DNA of 64,000 nucleotides from NCBI GenBank assembly GCA_020720765.1, contig DYOB01000003.1, positions 3,170 to 67,169 on the forward strand. Reading direction: 5' to 3'. The stretch's first letter is position 1. Every line of letters begins with the position of its first letter. The notes beneath the pieces were generated by a model that was not told where the DNA came from, did no database searches, and was given only the letters and a program-made list of their open reading frames with translations. Source of the DNA: Borreliella garinii (GTDB lineage Bacteria; Spirochaetota; Spirochaetia; JABEVK01). The position numbers and the translations under genes were made by a program. Below are positions 42,303 through 51,711 of this stretch, piece after piece.

Positions 42303-42610
42303 ATCCATTTGAACTTATAAAAAATTTCGGCAAGATGAGGAGCCAATTAGATGAATGGGGTCAGAAACAAAAAGAGATTGAAGCCGAGGGCATATCTGCA
42401 GGAGGCCTGGTAAAAGTTGTTGCGGGTGGAGATCTCACAGTGAGAAAGATTTTTATCGATGATTCACTGTTTCTTGAAGATAAACGCGGACTATTGGTCC
42501 CGCTGCTCGTCTCTGCTGTGAATATAGCCCTAAAGGACGTCCAGGAGAAAAGCAAGCAGGCGCTCTCGGGTATGACGGGCATGGACCTTTCGGGGACGGG
42601 AATTGGGTAA
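42299..42610 (+). CDS. ybaB: YbaB/EbfC nucleoid-associated protein
   Basis: GTG 42299 with GGGGAGG RBS (MNPFELIKNF); GISAGGLVKV, LLVSAVN; between dnaX and recR. Confidence 0.9.
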   Translation: MNPFELIKNFGKMRSQLDEWGQKQKEIEAEGISAGGLVKVVAGGDLTVRKIFIDDSLFLEDKRGLLVPLLVSAVNIALKDVQEKSKQALSGMTGMDLSGTGIG

Positions 42611-43211
42611 CAGCCCCATAGAAGAACTCTCAAATCTTCTGGGAAGAATACCCGGACTAGGTAAGAAAAGCGCTTCGAGAATGGTTTATTATCTTTTAAA
42701 ATCCTCTTCGGAATACGCAAGAACTCTTGGGGAACGCATTCAAACCCTGCACGCAAGGGTGGTCAAATGCCGTATTTGCGGACATTTTTCAGAGGCCGAA
42801 ATTTGCCCCATCTGTTCGGATCCACAGCGGGATAGAAAAACTATTTGCGTGGTAGAACAGGACCAGGATCTGCTTTCCGTCTACTTTTCTAAAGAATACC
42901 TGGGTTTGTTTCACGTTATGCACGGAGTGCTTTCCCCAATGGACGGCATTGGTCCCGATGCTTTGGGGCTGGAACAATTACGCTTAAGAGTGGAAAACGA
43001 GGAAATCGAGGAACTGATTATTGCCACAAATCCCACGACAGAAGGGGATACGACGGCGCTCTATATAGCCCGGAGCGTAAAAAGAAACGGACTCAAACTT
43101 TCGAGGCTCGCAACGGGCCTTCCCGTGGGCGGGGATATCGAATACGCGGACCGGCTGACTATAACACGGTCCTTCCGAGCCCGAACGCCCTTATTCGAAG
43201 AAGAGACTTAA
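42603..43211 (+). CDS. recR: Recombination mediator RecR
   Basis: IPGLGKKSA HhH, C4 zinc finger, ICVVE, LSPMDGIGP, EGDTTA, GLPVGGDIEYAD. Confidence 0.96.
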   Translation: MGNSPIEELSNLLGRIPGLGKKSASRMVYYLLKSSSEYARTLGERIQTLHARVVKCRICGHFSEAEICPICSDPQRDRKTICVVEQDQDLLSVYFSKEYLGLFHVMHGVLSPMDGIGPDALGLEQLRLRVENEEIEELIIATNPTTEGDTTALYIARSVKRNGLKLSRLATGLPVGGDIEYADRLTITRSFRARTPLFEEET

Positions 43212-43349
43212 ACCGATAAACAAGCCCGAAAGTATAACAAAAGAAAACAAGGGAATAAAACGGCTGGGAAACCGGCGGAAGAAGCCTACAAAGGATAAGA
43301 TTTGAACAATTGCAAAAAGGGCTAAGACGATAAAAGGAACGTGTCGCAA
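43191..43349 (-). CDS. Small 2-TM membrane protein (52 aa, not in ORF track)
   Basis: AGGAGA RBS and TTG start; MRHVPFIVLALFAIVQILSFVGFFRRFPSRFIPLFSFVILSGLFIGLSLFFE; directly after the glycosidase-like gene. Confidence 0.55.
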   Translation of the reverse strand: MRHVPFIVLALFAIVQILSFVGFFRRFPSRFIPLFSFVILSGLFIGLSLFFE

Positions 43350-43359
43350 GTTTTATCTC

Positions 43360-44853
43360 CTATATTTTTTCGATAAGCATGGAACATTTCCCCGAAGGTA
43401 TAGGAAGGGTTTTCTTTTTCTGCCCAACAATATCTACAGTAAAATAATAGAGTTTTTCAGATTCCAGGCGAATTTCCCATCCGCGACCGCTTTTTGCACT
43501 GATGATAGAAATAAAGTTTCTTCGAAGGCTTAAATTATCTATACCCATAAGTTCCAGGGTGGGAACAATCCAGTCGACGGTTTTCCTGGGTAGACTTATT
43601 AGAAGGCCGACAACATTTTCAACCATTAGCGCCACTGTCACAAGGCATGCCGTAGCTAAATGGTGCTGCTTGAGCCCGGAGTTTTCACCTTCCCAGCGCG
43701 CAGGCCCGTCCCTGAAGGGGAGGTAGGCGTTCCAAAGATGCCCCTTGTTTTTTCCATCGGGATGGAGCGTGTCGAGAATATAATAAAGGTGCTTGATAGC
43801 GGATTCGCGCGCGAGTTCGTATTTTCCGTATTTTTCTAGGCCCTTTATAATGACAAAGGTCAAATAGGGAAAAACACTCCCGTAGTATCCGTCCCCTGCT
43901 TTCGTAAAAGAAGGATCGTCTACGGAAACGGAAGGAAAGGGGTTGGGGCTTGAAAACTGTTTTTCATCCGCTAGTTTTGAGATCAAGATCTCGGAACGGG
44001 CTTCATTAGGAAGTTCTGCAAGTAATGGCCAAAACCCGGCGGCCGTCTTGGTAGAAAGAATTACGCTGTTTTCATCAAGATCATGGTAAAAACCCGTCTG
44101 ATCGCTCCACATTTGGCTATTGATGCGTGTTTTTATCGAATAGTAGCGCCTTTTGAAAATAAAAGCGGTTTCTTTATCATTCAGGATATCGCCGATGGCA
44201 CTGAGGTAAAGAAAACTTATGGCCATTTGACAATTAAAATCGACAGGAAAAGCAGATTTTTTTCTAGGAGATGGACCCATTCCGCCGGAACTCACAGGAA
44301 CCATGTAGAGTCCGTTTTCATCCTTGAAATTTTCATCGATCCAGTCTAAATGTTTTTGAAGGAAAGGAAGCACTTCTTTAAGTCTTCTTTTTAAACCGAT
44401 TTTATGGTAGAGGTTGTATTCTGCCCAGGCAAAAAGTGGAGGAGCAAGTCCTTCGGGGTTGTCTTCGGAGAAAAGAGGATGACCAGTGTCGATGGAATAG
44501 CGGCTTCTTATGGCGCCGTTTTCCTCTTGTCGGGTGTAAAAAAAATCGAGTCCGTGGTAGGCTGGATAGAGATTATTGGAGTATGCAAGAAAAAATGAGG
44601 TCATGACGGCGTCGAACTGGTCGAAGTATGTTTGTTCGGGCTGGAGGAAAATGGGTTTGGAAAAGACCTCGTCGGGTGTCCATTTATTCCAAAAATCCTT
44701 AATCCAAATCCAGCTCTTATCGTAGACGTCGACAAAGTCCTGATCGTAATAGTGGATTCGTGGCGGTTCTTTCCTGTTGATTGTTCCGCCGATGATGTCA
44801 AAGCTCAAAGAATAACTCCAAAAATTAAATCTGCAATCTTTACACCATAGCAC
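43360..44853 (-). CDS. GH63/MGH1/trehalase-like (alpha/alpha)6 protein; start uncertain
   Basis: PPLFAWAE, VDFNCQ, INSQMWSDQTGFYHD, GFWPLLA, YYGSVFP, GLEKYG motifs. Confidence 0.8.
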   Translation of the reverse strand: MLWCKDCRFNFWSYSLSFDIIGGTINRKEPPRIHYYDQDFVDVYDKSWIWIKDFWNKWTPDEVFSKPIFLQPEQTYFDQFDAVMTSFFLAYSNNLYPAYHGLDFFYTRQEENGAIRSRYSIDTGHPLFSEDNPEGLAPPLFAWAEYNLYHKIGLKRRLKEVLPFLQKHLDWIDENFKDENGLYMVPVSSGGMGPSPRKKSAFPVDFNCQMAISFLYLSAIGDILNDKETAFIFKRRYYSIKTRINSQMWSDQTGFYHDLDENSVILSTKTAAGFWPLLAELPNEARSEILISKLADEKQFSSPNPFPSVSVDDPSFTKAGDGYYGSVFPYLTFVIIKGLEKYGKYELARESAIKHLYYILDTLHPDGKNKGHLWNAYLPFRDGPARWEGENSGLKQHHLATACLVTVALMVENVVGLLISLPRKTVDWIVPTLELMGIDNLSLRRNFISIISAKSGRGWEIRLESEKLYYFTVDIVGQKKKTLPIPSGKCSMLIEKI

Positions 44854-44935
44854 ATATTGGTGTAAAAGAACAGCGTTTTATACCGTATTTTCCATCAGAT
44901 TCTTGACAGGAATCGAGGTTAGAGGATAATGGCCG

Positions 44936-45220
44936 GTGATGATGGATAAGACAGACATAGAAATAACAGTTGAATTGGCGCAAATGGAACTCTCAGATGC
45001 CGAAATGAACAGGCTGGGAAACGAAGTTCAAGCCATGTTGGAGTATTTTGCCCAGATGAACGCCGTAAATGTGGACGGTGTTGAGGCGACGACGCATTCG
45101 CTCCAAAAGGCTATGAGGGTAAGACCGGATACTATAGTCCCCTCTACCTTGAGTGATATGCTCCTTGAACAGGCTCCGGAAACCGAGGGCCGTTTAATTA
45201 GCTTACCGAATGTACTTTAA
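44936..45220 (+). CDS. gatC: Asp/Glu-tRNA amidotransferase subunit C
   Basis: LAQMEL..E, VDGVEATTH, RPD, PNVL; first gene of gatCAB; TTGACA-16-GATAAT promoter directly upstream. Confidence 0.92.
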   Translation: MMMDKTDIEITVELAQMELSDAEMNRLGNEVQAMLEYFAQMNAVNVDGVEATTHSLQKAMRVRPDTIVPSTLSDMLLEQAPETEGRLISLPNVL

Positions 45221-45232
45221 AACAGGGAGAAC

Positions 45233-46603
45233 TTGGTGAAAGACTTATGGCAAAATGCGGTGAAAACACCCGGTTATCAGAACTATCTCGCAGAGACACA
45301 GAAAAAACTAGGCGCCTTTTTATCCTTGGCTCCCCGGGAGACGCTTGAAACTCGGAAGCAGGGTCCTTTTTCTGGTATTCCTGTGGCTGTTAAAGACAAT
45401 ATCGCCGTATCGGGACAGCCGCTGACCTGCGGATCCAAGATGCTAGAAAATGTGACCTCGCCTTATGACGCAACGGTTGTGGAACGTTTGAGAGAAGCTG
45501 GGGCCGTTTTCGTTGGTAAAACAAATCTGGACGAATTCGGAATGGGGTCCTCCAACCAGGATTCTGCCCTGGGTAAAACCTACAACCCGTGGAATAAGGA
45601 CTCTGTTCCCGGCGGTTCAAGCGGCGGCAGTGCAGTTGCCGTAGCTTCTGGTATGGTTCCCCTGGCCATAGGAACGGATACCGGCGGGTCGGTCCGCCAA
45701 CCCGCCATGTTTTGCGGGGTTTACGGTTATAAACCCACCTACGGACTCTTGAGCCGTTACGGTTTGACGGCTTACGCGAGTTCCCTTGAAACCCCGGGTT
45801 TTATTGCACGGGAGATATCCTGGCTTGAGAAAGCGGTCGAGGTCACCGCAGGATTTGACATTCATGATCAAACGACGACCAGCGATACATTGTTTCCTGT
45901 GAAACAGATTTCAAAAATCGGAGTACTCTCCGTGGACGATGGTCTTAGTCCAGAAATGAAAGAAGCATATATAGAAGCGCAGGACAGGTGGAAAAAACTG
46001 GGGATGGAGTTGAAGGACATCAACCTGCCGGCCCTTGAAAATGCAGTTCCTTCCTATTATACGATTGCGACCGCGGAGGCCTCCGCAAATCTCGCGCGTT
46101 TTAACGGAATTCGCTATGGTTTAAGGCCCGAATACGCCGAAAACCCCGAAGAGCTGATTAGAAAGTCCCGAACCGCAGGGTTCGGCGACGAGGTTAAAAT
46201 CCGCATTCTTCTGGGAACCTATGTTTTACGCTCGGGTTTTCAAGATCAGTTCTACCATAGGGCCCAAAAAATCAGGACCCTAATCCGCCAGGACTTAGAT
46301 AGGGTTTTCGGAAATTTTGATGCGATTCTTATGCCCGTGTTTCCGACCCAGGCCTTTCTCCGCGGTGAAGCCGGCTTGACGCACCTTCAGCAAAAACTCG
46401 CGGATAAGTTTACCGTCGGTGCCAACCTCGCGGGTTATCCTGCACTCTCACTTCCCTCCGGGTTAAAAAACGGTCTTCCAGTGGGATTTCAACTCATGGT
46501 CCCCGCCCTCCGGGACAATGACCTTTTTCAGCTGGCTAAAATTTGGGCGGCGGGTTTGGATGTGCCCGAACCTCCGGAATATCCCGCCAAGTGGGAGGCA
46601 TAA
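45233..46603 (+). CDS. gatA: Asp/Glu-tRNA amidotransferase subunit A
   Basis: AVKDNI, GKTNLDEFGMGSS, PGGSSGGS, GTDTGGSVRQPA, ASANLARFNGIRYG. Confidence 0.96.
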   Translation: MVKDLWQNAVKTPGYQNYLAETQKKLGAFLSLAPRETLETRKQGPFSGIPVAVKDNIAVSGQPLTCGSKMLENVTSPYDATVVERLREAGAVFVGKTNLDEFGMGSSNQDSALGKTYNPWNKDSVPGGSSGGSAVAVASGMVPLAIGTDTGGSVRQPAMFCGVYGYKPTYGLLSRYGLTAYASSLETPGFIAREISWLEKAVEVTAGFDIHDQTTTSDTLFPVKQISKIGVLSVDDGLSPEMKEAYIEAQDRWKKLGMELKDINLPALENAVPSYYTIATAEASANLARFNGIRYGLRPEYAENPEELIRKSRTAGFGDEVKIRILLGTYVLRSGFQDQFYHRAQKIRTLIRQDLDRVFGNFDAILMPVFPTQAFLRGEAGLTHLQQKLADKFTVGANLAGYPALSLPSGLKNGLPVGFQLMVPALRDNDLFQLAKIWAAGLDVPEPPEYPAKWEA

Positions 46604-48025
46604 ATGGACAGTTTTATCGGACTTGAAATTCATATCCACCTTGCGACTAAGTCGAAAATGTTTTGTGCCTGTAAAGCCCATTACGGCGACGAACCCAATA
46701 CCAACGTTTGTCCCGTATGCATGGGGTATCCCGGGACCCTTCCCGTCGCCAACGAACACGCACTCTACTTGGGTTATGTCATAGCGCGGGCGTTAAATTG
46801 CAGCCTCAGTCCCAACACCTTTTTTGAAAGAAAAAACTATTTCTACCCCGACCTTCCCAAGAATTATCAAATATCCCAGTTTGAGGAACCTATCGGAAAA
46901 AACGGTCATATTTCTGTGCCCATGCCCGACAGCAGCCTCAAAAGGGTTAGGATTCACGACGCACACCTTGAAGAGGACGCAGGGAAAATGATCCACGCAG
47001 GCGATATGACACTGGCGGATTATAACAGGACGGGCTTTCCGCTTATGGAAATCGTGACAGAGCCCGACCTCACCCTGCCCGAAGAAGCGGAAGCCTTGCT
47101 CCTTCATTTCCAGCGTGTCATCCGTTATCTCGGTGTGAGTGACGGAAATATGGAAGAGGGTTCCATGCGTTGCGACGCTAACGTTTCGGTCAACTTCGCG
47201 GGCAAGGGACTAGGCACTAAGGTTGAGATCAAAAACTTGAATAGTTCTCGGTTTGTAAAAAAGGCGCTTCTCTATGAGATCAAACGCCAGTCGGAAATTC
47301 TGGAGAATTCCGGTGCAATTCGGCAGGAAACCAGGCTTTGGAACGAAAACCGGGACCTTACCGAGATTATGCGGACGAAAGAGACAAGTAACGATTACCG
47401 GTATTTTCCGGAACCCGATATGCCACCGTTCCACCCCACGAAGGAATTCCTTTCAAGGGTAGAAGCTCACCAGGTAGAATTGCCGGACCAGAAGAAAGTG
47501 CGTTTTATGGAACAGTATAAACTTAACCCGGAACTTGCGGATTTTCTTGTAGATACCCTGAGTACGGCTCAATACTTTGAAGAGGCCGTCGGTTTGGGTG
47601 CTGAACCTCTGGCCGTGGCGACGTGGCTTGCGGGAGATATTCAAAAGCTCTTGAACAAAGAAAATTTGACCCTTACGGGTTCGCCCATGACCGCCCCAAG
47701 GCTGGCGCAGCTTTTAAAACTTTTATCCGAAGAAAAAATCCACGGAAAAATCGCAAAACAGCTTGCTGAAGCGGTCTTCCTTGAAAACGCCGACCCGGAA
47801 AACTTGATGAAAGAGAAAGGGCTTGAACAAATTATCGACCCTGTGGAGCTTGAAAAACTCATCACCACCGTCCTCGAAGAATTCTCCCAGGTTACCCTAG
47901 CGGTGCGCTCTGGGGACGAACGCCAAAAAGGGTTTCTTGTCGGTAAAATCATGGAACGCTCCAACGGGCGGGCGCACCCGCAAAAATTACAACCCATCCT
48001 TCAAAAAGTACTAATAGGAGCTTAA
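46604..48025 (+). CDS. gatB: Asp/Glu-tRNA amidotransferase subunit B
   Basis: IGLEIH, RKNYFYPDLPK, HLEEDAGK, RCDANVS, YRYFPEPD. Confidence 0.97.
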   Translation: MDSFIGLEIHIHLATKSKMFCACKAHYGDEPNTNVCPVCMGYPGTLPVANEHALYLGYVIARALNCSLSPNTFFERKNYFYPDLPKNYQISQFEEPIGKNGHISVPMPDSSLKRVRIHDAHLEEDAGKMIHAGDMTLADYNRTGFPLMEIVTEPDLTLPEEAEALLLHFQRVIRYLGVSDGNMEEGSMRCDANVSVNFAGKGLGTKVEIKNLNSSRFVKKALLYEIKRQSEILENSGAIRQETRLWNENRDLTEIMRTKETSNDYRYFPEPDMPPFHPTKEFLSRVEAHQVELPDQKKVRFMEQYKLNPELADFLVDTLSTAQYFEEAVGLGAEPLAVATWLAGDIQKLLNKENLTLTGSPMTAPRLAQLLKLLSEEKIHGKIAKQLAEAVFLENADPENLMKEKGLEQIIDPVELEKLITTVLEEFSQVTLAVRSGDERQKGFLVGKIMERSNGRAHPQKLQPILQKVLIGA

Positions 48026-48026
48026 A

Positions 48027-49301
48027 ATGCAACGGACCCTTATTTCTCAGCTTGAAAGTCTTGCGGGACAGACTGTTTCGGTTTCTGGATGGGTCCACCG
48101 TATCCGGGAACTGGGGAAGATCAGCTTCGTGATCCTTCGTGACCGAAGCGGAATGGTGCAGCTTGTCTTTGATACTAAACCCGAATTCACCCTGGAATCT
48201 GTGATTACCGTCAGCGGCACAGTCCAGAAAAACGAAAAGGCGCCTATGGGGGTTGAAATAACCGCGGAAAAAATAGAGGTGTTAGCAGCCGCGGCCCCCG
48301 ATTTACCCATTCCAGTAAATCAAGATCCAGATAAGCACAATATCGACTCCATCCTCGATAATAGGATTATCTCTCTGAGAAACCCAAAGATCAGGGCCAT
48401 CTTTGAATTACAAAGTGGGTTGCTTCTGGCTCTTTCCCGTTTTATGCACGCAGAAGGGTTTCGGGAAATGAAAACAAGTAAGCTGATAGGTAGCGGTACT
48501 GAAGGCGGTACGGGTCTTTTCACGGTGGAATATTTTGATACTAAAGTTTTTCTTGCGCAAAGCCCCCAGTTTTACAAGCAGGCCATGGTTTCAAGCGGCT
48601 TGGAGAGGGTTTTCGAGATCAGTCATGCTTACCGTGCGGAAAAGCACGATACTCCCAGGCATTTGAATGAATACGTCTCTTTCGACGTAGAAATGGCCTT
48701 TATAGAAAGCGAACTAGATTTGATCGAGTTTGAAAAAAGGCTCCTAGCGTACGTTTTTGATGAAATCGGGAAGAATTACGCACCTCAACTTGAAATGTGG
48801 GGGGCCAAAGTTCCTGAACAGGGTTATATGGAGAAGGTTCCAACCGTGGACCATGAAACCGCGAAAGATATCATCAGTAAGGAGTTAGGGCACAAGGTTT
48901 ATGAAATTACCCCCGAGGGTGAACGTGCGTTATGCGATTGGGCCCAAAAAGAACACGGGGCGGACGCTGCATTTATTAACGACTGGCCGAGAAAGAAGCG
49001 GCCCTTTTATACTTTTCCGAGAGACCAGAAAACCATGAGTTTTGATCTTATTTTCCGCGGCTTGGAAATCACTACCGGCGGACGCAGGATCAATGAATAC
49101 CCCATGCTTATCGACGCACTATCTAAATTTGGAATGACGGAATCAGGCCTCGAAGATTATGCTACGATCTTCAAATACGGCTGTCCCCCTCACGGGGGAT
49201 TTGCCATAGGGGTGGAGAGGCTGACCCAAAAGATCCTGGGTATGGATAACGTAAAACTCGCCTCTCCCTTTCCCCGCGACCGAAAACGCGTTCGGCCGTA
49301 A
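48027..49301 (+). CDS. aspS: Archaeal-type (short, likely non-discriminating) aspartyl-tRNA synthetase
   Basis: 424 aa with no bacterial insertion domain; LAQSPQFYKQ, YRAEKH..RHLNE, RPFYT, GCPPHGGFAIGVERL, FPRD. Confidence 0.9.
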   Translation: MQRTLISQLESLAGQTVSVSGWVHRIRELGKISFVILRDRSGMVQLVFDTKPEFTLESVITVSGTVQKNEKAPMGVEITAEKIEVLAAAAPDLPIPVNQDPDKHNIDSILDNRIISLRNPKIRAIFELQSGLLLALSRFMHAEGFREMKTSKLIGSGTEGGTGLFTVEYFDTKVFLAQSPQFYKQAMVSSGLERVFEISHAYRAEKHDTPRHLNEYVSFDVEMAFIESELDLIEFEKRLLAYVFDEIGKNYAPQLEMWGAKVPEQGYMEKVPTVDHETAKDIISKELGHKVYEITPEGERALCDWAQKEHGADAAFINDWPRKKRPFYTFPRDQKTMSFDLIFRGLEITTGGRRINEYPMLIDALSKFGMTESGLEDYATIFKYGCPPHGGFAIGVERLTQKILGMDNVKLASPFPRDRKRVRP

Positions 49302-49308
49302 TTATACA

Positions 49309-51306
49309 TTAATCAAAGAAATCGTCTTCGACCTCAAAAAATTTGGGGTCGATTTCAAAGAATTTCTCCACATCGACCATGAAAAAATCGTTTTCAACGA
49401 AGTTGTCAAAAAATTGGTCGCTGTTTGAGAAAAACTCGTCGTTCTTAAAGGCGTCTGCCGAGCTATTAAAGCGTTCTTCTTGGCTTTGCTGGAATTGTCC
49501 AAAATAAGAGTCATCCGCATACCGGGTATTTCTTCTTCTTACAGTGTTCGTCGAGAACCCCATCACATAATCCACCGAAGGGCTCATCACTTGGCCGGCG
49601 ACGGCGACAATGGAATAATAGTTGGGGTTGGTGTTTGCGGTTCTGTGGATAAACCTGGGTTCTTGTGTTTCACCCAGGGGTTCATAACGGCTTGTCCTGA
49701 TGTTCAGAAGTGAAACAATGTATTTCTGAGCGTTGGGAGTGGGGCGCCACGTGATTTCTACTCGGTCTGTGAATTGTCCCTGGGACGCCCTGACCCCGCG
49801 AACAGCGCGCAGGCTCGTAACAGAGACAGCCGGAACAGGGTTCTTTGGGGGGGGCGTCGTGGGTGTTGTGGTTGTTGGTGTCGTCGGTGTGGTAGGAGTA
49901 GTCGGCGTCGTTGTAACTGGGGGGGGGGGGATAACCGGAGGAGGAAGGGTAATTGTTATAGAGATACTCGCACTCGAAGCGCTTTCCTCTTCTCCTTTCG
50001 CGGCAGAAACGACGTACCAATAACTGGCCGAGGCCGAAGGAAGGGTCGAATCCTGGAAACCGACGTCACGGCTTGTACCGATAAGACGGAATTTTTCGGC
50101 GGTATTATCCCACCTGTAGACGTTATATCTTTCCGCGTTGGCCACGGCGTCCCACAGGATTTTAACCAGGGTGCCCTCAGTAAGGGCCTGGATATTTTGA
50201 GGAATACCGAGAACTTGGGGTACTTGGAGAAAACCGTTTGCTATAGGGCTGAAATCGCTATCACCGCCCACACCGAAACTTTTTACGGTGTAATAGTACA
50301 TTTTTCCCTGTTGGACCTGTCTATCGATATAAACATTCCCTTGGGTTCGTGCTATTTCAGAAAAGGGACCGGTATTGGCTTCTCCCCTAAAAACTATGTA
50401 ACCTTCCGAGTTTTGAACTTCGCCCCAGGAAATCTGGATTCTATCGGCGAAGGCGCCGAGACTTGCCTGGCTAGTTGAAGGCGGTAAGCTCTTATTGGGG
50501 CGGCTGATAACGCGCCCTTTCATGACCACGGCGGTATGGGTGAGTTCGCCAAAAGTACCGTAAGCCACCCATCCGTAGCCGTTTTCACCCCAACGGTTCG
50601 ACCAGGAGTTGATGATAAGAAAGGCTCCCTTGCTGTCATCGTAGCCAATGGCACTCATAGCGTGGCCGCCAAGGTACGCGCCGCTGGTGCCGTTGTAAAC
50701 ACCGCCGCGGTAGTTCGTAAAATTCTCATAGGTCCGCATGCCGAAAATGATCACGTTTCCGGCTGCCAAGACGGCTTTGAGCGCCTGTGTGTTTTTGGGA
50801 TCCAGGGATTCATACGAATCAGTTGTATAATTTGAGGCCTCGTTCCTTGCGGCCTGCCCCGGCTGGGCGCGGAAATCAAGGGTATAAGGCATGGTTTGAA
50901 GGGTTGCAGCACCGGTATTTTTTATTAGGTCAACAGCCCTGACAATAGAAGATCCCTGGTCCTGGCCTCCGTTGATTTGGTTGTAGATAAAGGACGGGGA
51001 GAAAATTTTATCCTGGCTGTTTACTCCCCAGCCCCTAGCCGCATTTTCCTGGTGGGTTTTAGCGGCATAAGCCACTGCCCAACCTACGCAGCTATTGATT
51101 CTATCCTGGTAACCCGGTGCAGGTAAAAGGTTCCTATGGTCCACCAGGCGGGGAAGCTGGCCGGAACTTGGGCTTGCACTCGCACCGGCTATGGAATTTT
51201 GCAGGACAACCGGAACAGGTTGGGACCCCAACGATTTCTGGGGTGCTTGTGCAAAAACACTTCCAACCATAACACCCATAATGACGAGGTTGAATAATTT
51301 TTTCAT
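49309..51306 (-). CDS. Secreted C1A (papain-like) cysteine peptidase with FN3 repeats, Pro/Thr linker and acidic tail
   Basis: Signal peptide VFA-Q; LPRLVDHR; Q..NSCVGWA (Cys), GGHAM (His), INSWSNRWG (Asn); three FN3-like repeats (ISW..V..Y.V.R). Confidence 0.9.
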   Translation of the reverse strand: MKKLFNLVIMGVMVGSVFAQAPQKSLGSQPVPVVLQNSIAGASASPSSGQLPRLVDHRNLLPAPGYQDRINSCVGWAVAYAAKTHQENAARGWGVNSQDKIFSPSFIYNQINGGQDQGSSIVRAVDLIKNTGAATLQTMPYTLDFRAQPGQAARNEASNYTTDSYESLDPKNTQALKAVLAAGNVIIFGMRTYENFTNYRGGVYNGTSGAYLGGHAMSAIGYDDSKGAFLIINSWSNRWGENGYGWVAYGTFGELTHTAVVMKGRVISRPNKSLPPSTSQASLGAFADRIQISWGEVQNSEGYIVFRGEANTGPFSEIARTQGNVYIDRQVQQGKMYYYTVKSFGVGGDSDFSPIANGFLQVPQVLGIPQNIQALTEGTLVKILWDAVANAERYNVYRWDNTAEKFRLIGTSRDVGFQDSTLPSASASYWYVVSAAKGEEESASSASISITITLPPPVIPPPPVTTTPTTPTTPTTPTTTTPTTPPPKNPVPAVSVTSLRAVRGVRASQGQFTDRVEITWRPTPNAQKYIVSLLNIRTSRYEPLGETQEPRFIHRTANTNPNYYSIVAVAGQVMSPSVDYVMGFSTNTVRRRNTRYADDSYFGQFQQSQEERFNSSADAFKNDEFFSNSDQFFDNFVENDFFMVDVEKFFEIDPKFFEVEDDFFD
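49847..49945 (-). repeat. Pro/Thr low-complexity linker with C12 and C8 homopolymer tracts
   Basis: Encodes PPPVIPPPPVTTTPTTPTTPTTPTTTTPTTPPP; G12 at 49919-49930 and G8 at 49847-49854 on the + strand. Confidence 0.9.
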
Positions 51307-51680
51307 CGAATCTCTCCTTGATTTGTTAAAGGCGCTTCTAATTCCGCCAATTCAATTTTACCATCAATATCGTGAAAATACGTGGCGCGTAGGGATTTTT
51401 CACCCTCCTGGTCGGAGTAGGTCATCGTTAGACGGACCTGGAAACCCGCCACGACCTGAGATTCCACCTTCTGGACGGTTTTGAGAGTCCAGGAAGGGTG
51501 AGATTCTCTGACAAGGGTTTTTAAAAGCTCCAAATCCGAAAGGGCCGTGTCCCAAGTTAAAGGCTGTTCTGTCCAGCCTCCAACAAGGGTGTTTCCAGAA
51601 TCTGAAGGGGGGGCTACTGCGTCGTTTCCAACACAGCCAAAGAGTACAAAGACGTAAATGATATAAAGGGGGAACTTCAT
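51303..51680 (-). CDS. Cystatin-like lipoprotein (putative cysteine protease inhibitor)
   Basis: Lipobox LFGC; N-terminal VGGW and QVVAG (QxVxG) cystatin motifs; ATGA overlap with the C1A protease. Confidence 0.78.
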   Translation of the reverse strand: MKFPLYIIYVFVLFGCVGNDAVAPPSDSGNTLVGGWTEQPLTWDTALSDLELLKTLVRESHPSWTLKTVQKVESQVVAGFQVRLTMTYSDQEGEKSLRATYFHDIDGKIELAELEAPLTNQGEIR

Positions 51681-51711
51681 TGCACCAGTATGGTCCCGTT
51701 CTTGTAAAATT

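Noticed and set aside
49774-50478. 234-aa antisense ORF with an Arg/Cys-rich segment
   Set aside because: It is the reverse complement of the protease Pro/Thr linker and FN3 region.
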